A DNA stretch of 32,000 bases from Candidatus Saccharimonadota bacterium (lineage in GTDB: Bacteria; Patescibacteriota; Gracilibacteria; BD1-5; UBA6164), in NCBI GenBank assembly GCA_965229705.1, contig OZ245922.1:630001-662000 (forward strand), given 5' to 3'. A program made the translations under genes and the position numbers. Position 1 is the stretch's first letter. Every line of letters starts with the position of its first letter. Of this stretch, positions 21,105-30,682 are shown piece after piece. Below the pieces are notes generated by a model, which ran no database searches, was not told where the DNA came from, and saw nothing but the letters and a program-made list of their open reading frames with translations.

Positions 21105-21397
21105 ATACTCTTACTTCAAAAAAATCCTAAATAATAAAACCATAGCCGCACTAAATGAAGACGTAAAAAATACAAAATCATACTCAAGTGTCGACGAACT
21201 TTTTGAAGATATCAATTCATAGAATACATGAAAGAAATCAAACAATCTACGGTTTTTACATTGGCTCGTCATCTTTGAAGCTACAAACACACATATTATT
21301 CTCCGAAGGACTGTTTCTCACAGTAACATATTTCGCTAAAAAGTTTGACTTCATTTTTTCTTCACTATAATCTCCCCTGCGTATTCATTTTTTGTTG

Positions 21398-21527
21398 AAG
21401 ACCGAAGGCAAAGATACATAAGACCTTCGCAGACAAAAGCGAAATATTTAAACACTCGTTTAAACTATCTCTCTTTTGTAAGAGAGATTTTTTTATGAAT
21501 ACATTGTAGAATATAATTTTTAGAATT
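21398..21527 (+). promoter_or_regulatory. Putative rplJ (L10) leader region
   Basis: The stem CGAAGG (21403-21408) / CCTTCG (21424-21429) is followed by an attenuator-like terminator hairpin directly upstream of rplJ. The call is an analogy to L10-leader autoregulation and was not modelled. Confidence 0.3.
21467..21494 (+). terminator. Intrinsic terminator or attenuator hairpin (ATCTCTCT-TTTGTA-AGAGAGAT followed by a T-run)
   Basis: Perfect 8-bp stem followed by T7, lying 34 nt upstream of the rplJ ATG. Confidence 0.6.
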
Positions 21528-22094
21528 ATGGCTGTTAGTAAACAACAAAAGACTGAGATACTCGCTGACCTGGTCTCAAAATTTACACATGCACAATCTA
21601 TTGGTTTTGCAGCAACAGATACTCTCACAGTAGAAGAATTTTGAAGCTTGAGAAACTCATTGCGAGAAGTACATGCGAGCTATACTATTGCGAAGAAAAC
21701 ACTCATCGTAAAAGCAATGAAAGATGCCCTAAACTGTGAAGTTGATCTTGCTCAACTCCCAGGGCAAATTTGAGTAGTATGTTCAAATGAAGATGCCGTT
21801 GCAGGTCTTGGGAAAGTAAATACTCTCGTAAAAGAGACAAAGGGAGAAAAAATCTCTTGGGTAGCAAGTTACATGGAGGGAAAAATGATGAATGCAGAAG
21901 AGACGCAAGCTCTCGCAAGTCTTCCTGCAAAAAATGTTCTTCTTGGGCAACTTGTTGGCGTGATATCTGCTCCACTGACAAAACTTGCTGGAACACTTGA
22001 CGCAACTGTCGCTGGTATTGTTCGGGTTACAAAATCTGCTGGTGATAAAGCTCGAGAAGCAGGGAAAGAAAAGCTTGCTGATATAGCAGTATAA
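21528..22094 (+). CDS. rplJ: 50S ribosomal protein L10
   Basis: Begins MAVSKQQKTEILADLVSKF. Two in-frame TGA codons. Absorbs ORF 21873-22094. Located upstream of rplL. Confidence 0.88.
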
Positions 22095-22254
22095 TTTTTG
22101 AAACTTGTGTAGTAATTCTTTTTTTGTCCGATGAAGAAAAGAGTTACTCACTAGCTGCAAAAAGCTAGAAAATGTCATCTTGTCCCGAGGCTGGGACAAG
22201 CTTCCTAAGTTTGGGAAAAGATGACAATACTTTATATACTAACTTTAAAAGACC

Positions 22255-22653
22255 ATGTCTGAAGAAGTAAAACTCAGTGCAAACGCACAAAAAGTTCTTG
22301 ATCTTGTATCAGATCTTAGTGTTCTCGAAGTTGCTGATCTCGTAAAAGCAATGGAAGATACATTTGGTGTAACTGCTGCAGCTCCAGCAGCGGTAATGGC
22401 AGCTCCAGCAGCTGGTGGTGAAGCAGCTGGTGGTGAAGCTGAAAAATCAAGCTTTAATGTAGAGCTCACAAATGCTGGTGGACAAAAGATTGCTGTTATT
22501 AAGGTAGTAAAAGAGATCACTGGTCTCGGTCTTGGTGAAGCAAAAACCCTCGTTGATAACGGATGAGTTATCAAAGAAGGAGCATCAAAAGATGAGGCTG
22601 AAGAAATCAAAGGAAAACTTGAAGAAGCTGGAGCAACTGTTGAATTAAAATAA
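22255..22653 (+). CDS. rplL: 50S ribosomal protein L7/L12
   Basis: Has the Ala-rich hinge and the block [23 protein letters not shown] 22255-22566 continues through TGA 22564-22566 to TAA 22651-22653. Confidence 0.92.
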
Positions 22654-22666
22654 GTTTTTTCATAAG

Positions 22667-22712
22667 AAAAAGTCGAAAGTTCCACCACTCTTTCGACTTT
22701 TTTCTTTTTTTT
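22667..22712 (+). terminator. Intrinsic terminator after rplL
   Basis: The stem AGTCGAAAG/CTTTCGACT has a 10-nt loop and is followed by TTTTTCTTTTTTTT. Confidence 0.7.
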
Positions 22713-22774
22713 GCATTTGCAGTTTTATCTTTATACTTCATTCTACTTTTCTCAGAAGTAAACAAAATATACAT

Positions 22775-22848
22775 TGGGGTATGGCCAAGTGGTAAGGCAG
22801 GGGACTCTGAATCCCTGATCGGGGGTTCGAATCCCTCTACCCCAGCCA
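22775..22848 (+). tRNA. tRNA-Gln (anticodon CUG), CCA encoded
   Basis: Acceptor stem TGGGGTA/TACCCCA, anticodon arm GGGGA-CTCTGAA-TCCCT, T-loop GGTTCGAATCC. Closely resembles the E. coli tRNA-Gln architecture. Confidence 0.88.
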
Positions 22849-22862
22849 AAAAAATAAAAAAA

Positions 22863-22896
22863 AGTACTCTTGAGAGTACTTTTTATGTTTTTTATC
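22863..22896. terminator. Hairpin AGTACTC-TTGA-GAGTACT with flanking A-run and T-run (bidirectional terminator)
   Basis: Lies between tRNA-Gln (+) and the 3' end of the minus-strand gene 22905-23378. Confidence 0.55.
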
Positions 22897-22904
22897 GTAA
22901 TACT

Positions 22905-23378
22905 CTAACTCTCAAGATTTACAAACTCTGTTCTCTCTCCATCAAGATCAGCTCACAGCTTATAGAGCTTGACTCACTCTGGGTGTTGACCAAGAGTATT
23001 GAGAAAAATATCTTTTTCATCTCCGTATGGAATCACAAGTTTTGCCTCGATATTTTCAAAAATCTTCACAGCATCTTTTGTCCCAATAATTATAAGTATA
23101 TCTACATCTCAAAAAAAAGCAACTATTTCTTCCTTGAGATCAAAACTCTCGCTTGTTACAATACAGATATGCTTTCCATCAATAAGAAATTTGTAGAAAA
23201 GAATATCTGTATACTTTTTTACTTCTAAGAGATTCCCTGACTTTTCATATTCTCATGGATGAGACACATCCACATCTTCGAGAAATACTTTTTTTGTATT
23301 ATAGTCAAAAAACACTTCTTTTTTTTCCGTATTTTTAATACTGAGAGTTGATGGATTTTTATAGCTGATTTCTATCAT
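22905..23378 (-). CDS. Hypothetical protein (157 aa)
   Basis: ATG at 23376-23378 and TAG at 22905-22907. Four in-frame TGA codons. The frame was checked codon by codon. It only vaguely resembles MBL-fold proteins, and no HxHxDH motif is present. Confidence 0.5.
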
Positions 23379-23458
23379 AGTTTAAAAAAAATATTAATAA
23401 TAAGAGAAAAACTCATTTTTTAGGAAACTCTGAGAAAATTCTCATTTCTCAAAAATGT

Positions 23459-23911
23459 CTATACAAAGAAAAGTTTATTTCGATAAATAATACCCGACAG
23501 ATCAAACCTCACCGAAAAGTCTTGGATTTTCTCAACATCAATCCACTCATAACCAACAAATCGTTCGTCTTTTCGAACGTAGGGTTTTTTCTTTCCTGTA
23601 TACTTTACGATAAATAGGTATACATCTTTATCTATCATTGGACTTCACTCAAGGTAGGCAGCAGTATAAGTATAATTGAGTTTACTCACAAACTTTATTA
23701 TCTCAAGATCATGAGTGTTGAGACCTGCTTCTTCGGATATTTCTCTGAGAGCAGCATCCTTGGCAACTTCACCTGACTCTATTTTTCCTTTTGGAATAAC
23801 AAACTCAAGCTTATTAGCAGAGTTTCTCCACTTTAAAAGCAGTATCTCAATATTTCCATTTTTCTTTCTATACACAATGCCTCCTGAACTTGTTTCGTGC
23901 TTTTTTGGCAT
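23459..23911 (-). CDS. NUDIX hydrolase
   Basis: The NUDIX box reads GKIESGEVAKDAALREISEEAGL. ORF 23645-23911 continues through TGA 23645-23647 to TAG 23459-23461. Confidence 0.8.
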
Positions 23912-24047
23912 AATTTTTTTTCAGGCTACGGTACATTAGCTAAATAGTATCAAAAAACAGCTGAAAATCAAGTTTCATATTTTGCGAAAAGAGGAAAAAG
24001 TGTGCTATCATAGCATTACCAACAAAAATAAAAATACAAATACTCCT

Positions 24048-25013
24048 ATGAATACACAACAAGATATTTTAGCATCTGTGTATCTCGATGATGAAATTTT
24101 ACAAAAAACACCATCGGATAGCATAAACTTCTTCGAAGAAGTGAGCATGCAAGAAGATCAAGAAGCTCTATCCTCTTCACAAAAAAGTAGCCCTTTGATA
24201 TCTGAGAAAATACGCACTGGAGCATACGCTTTTTTGAGATATATCTGAACTTCTGCTTGTATATTTCTTGTCCTCTTAGTAGGGACAAACTACAAAGCCT
24301 ACTCAAGTATTGCCTATAGCTTCATATTTTCGTGAGAAATGCAAGAAACCCAAAAGGCAATCGTCAACTCAGTACACGCAGCAAATATTGATAAAGCTTC
24401 TTCAGAGTCTTCTCAGCTCGAAAATACTTTCTCACAGCTCGAAGATGATGTCATGCTTGATGCTCGATTTCTCAAAGAAAAACATTCTATTAGTAGACTC
24501 ACTCACAAAGCAAATACTGAAAGTGTGATTCCAAATATTGAGATTACTCCCTATGAAAATCGTATTATTATACCGCGAATCGGAAAAAATATTCCTCTCA
24601 TAGATATCGTCAATACCCATGTTGACGGAAGTGATGAACTTGAAGATATTTTTATGGATGAGCTCGAAGATGGTGTAGTGCGTTATCCTGGAAGTGGAAA
24701 ACCAGGCCAATGAGGAAATGCGTTTATATTTGGTCATTCTTCCAATTTTCCATGGATGAAATGAAACTATAATGATGTTTTTGCGCTTTTAGATCATGTT
24801 GTCTATTGAGATGAAGTCATTGTTTATTATAATCAAAAAAAATATATCTATAAAATCTATGGAAAAGAAGTCATTCGTCCTGGTAATGTTTCTGTTCTGC
24901 ATAGTGATGATAAGCAAGATTCTCAAATAACACTGATGACTTGCTGGCCAATTGGAACAACGCTCAATAGACTCATTGTCACATGAGATCTTATTTCTGT
25001 AAGCAAAGGATAA
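24048..25013 (+). CDS. Sortase-family transpeptidase with an N-terminal TM anchor
   Basis: ORFs 23982-24248 and 24339-24713 and the downstream sequence lie in one frame with 7 in-frame TGA codons. The catalytic contexts are FIFGHSSN, ITLMTCWP (TLxTC) and NRLIVTG. Stop is TAA 25011-25013. Confidence 0.8.
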
Positions 25014-25054
25014 TGATAGGATTTTTACATACATACAAGAGCTTTGAAGAGGTC

Positions 25055-25297
25055 ATGATGCTTTGAGGTATGCTCTACGAAGATGTGCTATTTCAGGGGT
25101 TTATGATTTTATGAATATCTATCCTACTACTTGTTCTCGTTTCTATTTGTGTTCCTTTCATCCTTTTCTACCTTTCTCAGAAAGAAAAGAAAAGAGAAAA
25201 ACAAGAAAAGAAGAAACTTCTCACACAAATCCTCATGCAAAAAGAACTTGAAAATGAGGTCGAAAAAGAGATAGAAGATCAAGAAAATAAGCTATAA
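25055..25297 (+). CDS. Hypothetical small membrane protein with a Lys/Glu-rich tail (80 aa)
   Basis: ATG at 25055. One TM helix (ISILLLVLVSICVPFILFYL). Three in-frame TGA codons. Stop is TAA 25295-25297. Its 3' end overlaps the convergent gene by 6 nt. Confidence 0.4.
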
Positions 25298-26776
25298 CTC
25301 TTTATACCACTGAGAAAATGTCATATCATGGTGTTTGAGATAGCTTGCAAGCTCGATTCATACATACCTCCAGTGCCACGGCTCTCTATCGTATCCATCT
25401 ACTTCTCTTCCATTTTGATAACTTTGATGAAAGCCGTATCTATGCGCATTTTCACGAAACCATGCATATCTGGCTGTAAGCTCTGTGTCATTTAACCATT
25501 TTTCATGTGTAGAAGCTGACCATATATCAATTGCTAAACCAGACTGATGTTCCGAGTGACCTGCCTTGGCACAAAGATAGTCCGGACATCAGCGAGACTT
25601 GATACCTACCTGATAGTCATAACTCCGATAACTACTCACAACTACCACTTTTTCACCTGTATCTTCAAAGTATTTTTTTGCCAGTGCCTCAAACTCGAGA
25701 GCTGCCTTTTTCCGCATTTTCGCATCTCATTTTGTATCTACTATGTGTTCTAGTGAAAGAGACTGCATATCTTGTGGGATATACTGTATATCCTCAAACG
25801 GAATATCTGGACTGACATATTTTACAAAACTCTCATCAGAAGAATAATCAAGCGATGTAAGTATATTTTGGAGATCATGCTCTTGTAGATCACTGGTATC
25901 TACTATATCGTATACAGGGATACTTCTCCCTTGAGCAAAAAAATTCCAAACTTTTTCATATACTCTATGACTTGCCAGCATTCAAAAATGATCCGCATCA
26001 GGAATATCCAAAAAATAGGTTTTGGCACTTCGAGGAATTTCTGAAAGCGCTTTTCCGTGGCGTTGATGAATGATCCTATCTTTTGCTCCATGAAATATAA
26101 ATACTTCTGCCTGTGTTTTTGTAATATTTTCTTCACTCACAAGCGTATTGGGTAAAAAGAAAAATCTTTGTAGAGCAAAACCAAATCTATCACGGGCAAG
26201 TTCATAACGACTCAGGTATGGCGCCTCGAGAACAATTTTTGGAAAGTTTTTTCCTTGAGCAAACTCAAGAGCCACTCCTGTTCCAATAGAATAACCATAT
26301 AAAAAAGTATTTTCCTCACTCAAAGCAAATGATGATTGTGCATAACTATAGAGGAGTTCGGCGTGTTCTTGCACCTTGTCTGCATGAGGAAACCCGCCAG
26401 ATTGCCCATAACCAGGGTACTCTAGCGCAAGAACATTATACCCCATTCGAGAAAGCCTTGCTATATCATGATAAAAAAAACCTATATCACCTCCATTTCC
26501 ATGAAAATAGTAGATGGTATGCGATTTTTTATTATCTATATATATTCCATATACTCTATCTCCTGCCTTATCTTCGAGATATATCCCCTGCAAATTATTA
26601 AAACGATAGTTCTCTGAAAGTATATGCTCTTCAGGAGTAGTATGAACATACACTCCTGGAAAACTGAAAAATGTTTCTATGTTTCGAGCAAGCAATAAAG
26701 TGACAAGGTATACTATCAAAAGACCAAGAAAAAAGAAAGAAATCATAATAAGGAAAGAATAGTATTTTTGTATCAT
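25292..26776 (-). CDS. Fusion protein: TM anchor, alpha/beta hydrolase domain, then a VanY-type (M15B) D-alanyl-D-alanine carboxypeptidase domain
   Basis: ORF 25982-26776 (GYSIGTG nucleophile elbow, HGAKD, DADHF) ends at TGA 25982-25984, in frame with ORF 25727-25981. That frame runs through three more TGA codons (25727-25729, 25589-25591, 25358-25360) to TAG 25292-25294. The C-terminal half carries SSYRSY, SEHQSGLAIDI and EPWHWRY. Confidence 0.75.
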
Positions 26777-26807
26777 GGGAGTGTAAAATTATTTTCAGAT
26801 CTATTCT

Positions 26808-28661
26808 TTATGATGCTGTTTTGCAGTGATCAGAAACAACACTATTTCCTATTTGCTTATACCTCTCATAAAAATCTTCCACAAATTTTCTGACATGTTC
26901 CTGTTTTGGAAAATATACACCTTTTTCTCTTACCGTATATTCAAACAAAAAGTTTCCTGCCTCCATCTGCTGAAGATAGGTAAATATTTGCTGCGTATAC
27001 ACTGCAGTATATAACTCTCTCAAAGCCTGAATATTCTCCTCACTCATATGAAGACATATCTGTCATCACTCATAGCTTATGAGCCCCGACTGAAAGAATA
27101 TATGCAAATGTATCAAGCACTCACAATAATACGGAATAATATCTTCTACTTCTCTATACCTCATCATTTTTATCGAACGCATAAGGTGCGTGATGAGTAT
27201 ATGCTCATCAAGAGGAGACGGTCATTTCAAAAAATATGCTACAAGTCCACCAGCAGTTGCCTTGAACTCTTCGATGTTTTTAAAAAGTCCTTTTTCTCAT
27301 ATCTTGATTTCACATCATGGAGTGAGCCATAGCGTATGACCATATTCATGCCCTATGGTTTCTCTATCATATACTTGATAATACTCTTCTTCTGAACCGT
27401 TGAGAAAGTCATAATATTTCTGTAAAATCTCTGCAGATATCATCTCCTGATCAATCTGCATTTTTGGAAGAGATCTTTGAGAGTCAAGCACATACTTTGG
27501 AAATGCAAATATCTTTTTCCCATACACCTTACTCACCTCATCATCATTTGGAACAACCTGAGCGCTATACGCTCAACAAAGAAACGACCCATAAGCAAGC
27601 ACTGGAGCACTAATATAGAGCTGTACTTTTTGTTGGTTTTTTAAAGAGTATTCATAGCTTTCTGGAAAATTTTCTCTTCCTATCTCATCATACATTCACT
27701 CATACATATGTAGTACATCTGCTGATACTTGTGAACGAAAAAGACTTGGATCAAGAAGACGCATATCAAACTCGATAGATACTGCGCGGCGATACCTATC
27801 CTCATAGTATTCTATCGGATGACCTGGTTGCACAGGAGTATCTATTGCCATCCATTTTCTATCTACTTCTGCCCATTTTTCAACAAGTAGGTGTGTATGT
27901 GTTTCACTCAGAGCATTTTTTATTGATGAGAAATATTCTCTGTATGCTGATTTTCTATCAAATACCGTATCATCGAGCTTATCAAGCTGCTCTATAAACT
28001 CATCATACAGCGCTGATATTTCTGAAATATCTTCTGGGAAATGCTCTTTATAAGAGAGAGATACATATGAGTTTTCCTCTAGTGTGAGGATAGAGTATGA
28101 TCTATCTGCCGTCAATCCGTAGTGTCACGGATCAAAAAGCTGGTTTTCTGCAAGGTAATCCATGACCGCATCATGATCTCCATGAAACTGCTTTTCCAGT
28201 TGTCTATTGGTCTCAAATAAGAGTTTTCTATTCCACTTTAAAAAAAGTCGTGAGTAACATTTTCCAAGTTTATGAGTATAGAGAAATATTGTTCTGTAAA
28301 AATCTGTTAAAAGACTTTCAGAGTATATGTCTTCTATCATTTTTCATTGAAGAGCCTCATAATATTCTTGCACAAAACGATAGGAGAGTTCAAAAGCTCT
28401 GTCTCTTTCTTCTTGTGTTTTTCATATTTTTTCGAGATAGATATCAAGAGCTTCAAACTTTTTTTGTCCGATACGAGTAGCTGCAGCAAAGTATGTTTCT
28501 TCGTTTTTGTCGAGTTGCAGTACATCTAAGATATCATCGAGCACTTTTCTCTGCCAGTTATTTTTTGAGATTCCCTCTGAAAGACTGTTGAGGTGTTGCT
28601 CATTTTTTTGAAAAAGTTCATGTATACGAGAAACATCTTGTAGAAATGCTGATGTATTCAT
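26808..28661 (-). CDS. Large (617 aa) zinc-metallopeptidase-like protein, HEYGH...EEFKAT (DPP III / M49-like, tentative)
   Basis: Five listed ORFs (28422-28661, 28125-28340, 27696-28115, 27315-27536, 26808-27047) share one frame and are bridged only by TGA codons. The bridging segments were checked codon by codon. ATG at 28659-28661 and TAA at 26808-26810. Confidence 0.75.
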
Positions 28662-28717
28662 ATGATATTTTTATGTATTTTCCGTGCCTGGTTAGTATAT
28701 TATTTTCTGATAAAAAT

Positions 28718-30424
28718 CTACTTTTTCTTCCATCCATAGCTGATATTTTGACTCCTTTTTTTATCTCATGAAAACTTTCCTCAGGAAAATCATCTATGCC
28801 CTCATCTTCTTCAAGAAGATCAGTAAGAAGCTGACGAAGAGTCTCTTCCCTTTGCCTGAACTACAAGAGGTTTTCTCCTATTTTTTACTTTATAAAAATC
28901 TAGTACCACCGCCGCAACATCGGGATGAACATTCATATATGAAAATTTTTCTAAGATATCTATTTTCCCCACATCTCCCAAACGAATACCAACCTCGTCT
29001 TCGAGGAAGCGTATCAGTGTTCCTGGATTCATTCCGTCTATTTTTCCTTTTGCAATAAAAAGTCTCTGTTCTCCTGTTGGTGAAATATGAGGTCCCCTCT
29101 CAGAAATAACACTGTATGAAGACTCATCAAATCGTTTTTCATACGCATCTTTGAGAAGAGAGGCAACAATAACTTCTGCTTCTCAAAGCGTGAGAAGCTC
29201 GAGTGCGAGGCTATCAAATTTTTCATATCATCCTCCTCAAATACTGTGAGTGAGGCGCTGTATTAGTCTCTTTTTTTGCAATGATACTACATCTTTTGCG
29301 CTTGGAATTTGTTGTTTTTGTATTTTTTGTTTGAGGAGTCTCTCTATAGCAAAGAGTTTTCGCATATCTATTCGTGAGACAAATGAGATGGCAGTTCCTG
29401 TTTTGCCTGCTCTTGCCGTTCTTCCAATACGATGAGTATAGGTTTCTGCGTTATCTGGAAGAGAATAATTCACAACATGCGTGAGATCATCAACATCTAT
29501 TCCTCTGGCAGCTACATCTGTTGCTACGAGTATTTTGCTCTTTCCTGACTTAAATCGGGCTAATATTTTTTCTCTGTGTTTTTGCTCAATATCTCCATGT
29601 ATTCCCTCTGCCTTGAGTCCTCTTGCCATCAGTCCTGAAGCAACTTCATCAGTATCCATCTTGGTTTTACAAAATACGATCCCATAAAAATCTTCTGTTA
29701 TATCTATCACGCGTGAGAGTGCTTCAAACTTATTTCTTGGAGAGACTTCATATAAGATTTGCGTGATTCTCTCGGAGATGCTTGTTTTGGACTCGATTTT
29801 TACGGTTTCATAGTCTCCCATGTGTCGCTTAGCAATAGTGAGTATTTCTCGAGGCATAGTAGCAGAAAAGAGCAGAGTCTTTTTATTTTCAGGGGTGTAG
29901 CTCATGATTTCTTCTATTTCTTCTCTGAAACCAATATTGAGCATTTCATCTGCCTCATCAAGGATAAAGTAATCTATATCTGCAACTTTAAGAGTCTTTT
30001 TAACGACGAGATGATCTGTGATTCGTCCTGGAGTTCCGACAACAATATGAGGTCCGTTCTTGAGCGATCTGACTTCGTCTCGGATATTTTGTCCTCCATA
30101 AAGAAGTGTTATTTTGACTCAAGCGTCTGCAAATGATCCTATTTCTTGAGCGACTTGTATTGCGAGCTCTCGAGTGGGAGTGAGAATCATAGCTTGTATC
30201 CCTGCTTTGCTCATATCGAGTTTATCGAGTAATGGAAGTCAAAAACTCGCTGTCTTTCCTGTCCCTGTCTGGGCTTGTCCGAGAACATTTTTTTCTCCTG
30301 AGAGTAGGAGTGGTATCACTCAAGCTTGTATGGGGCTTGGGTGTTGGTAGCCTTTTTTTTCTATTGCTTGAAGGAGTGTTTCTGAGAGTCAAAGGTCTCG
30401 GAAATGTAGAGTCTGTTCTGTCAT
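28718..30424 (-). CDS. DEAD-box ATP-dependent RNA helicase with a DbpA-type C-terminal RNA-binding domain and a Gly/Arg/Ser-rich tail
   Basis: Motifs present: Q-motif, AQTGTGKT, PTRELA, DEAD (LDEADEM), SAT and HRIGRTARAG. The N-terminus extends from ORF 29237-29944 to ATG 30422-30424. The C-terminus continues through ORF 28820-29032 to TAG 28718-28720. Confidence 0.9.
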
Positions 30425-30682
30425 AGTAATTTTACAAAAAAATAAAGAGACATATCTCTCTCTCATAGTGAGTGAGTGTCATACACAAAATAATTATTCA
30501 AAAATCTCGCCTAAAAGAGATATTTCTGATAATCGGTATTTTGTAGAAGAAATGTCTCTTTGTGGAATATGCTTTGCATATCTATGTCGAGCGGGACTAT
30601 ACAAAGAAAAAAATGTAAAGCAAGCTTTTTTGAAAAAAGTATTGTTTTTTCTATTTTTATGTATATAAAATATTTACACTTC

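Noticed and set aside
22245-22688. The 147-aa minus-strand ORF rich in Ala, Ser and Pro.
   Set aside because: It is the antisense mirror of the Ala-rich rplL hinge, a classic shadow ORF.
25982-25984. Treating this TGA as a genuine stop that separates an alpha/beta hydrolase gene from a VanY gene.
   Set aside because: TGA is a sense codon at well over a hundred other positions in the window, and here it sits inside the expected last helix of the hydrolase fold. It is kept as a flagged finding because an internal ATG follows immediately.
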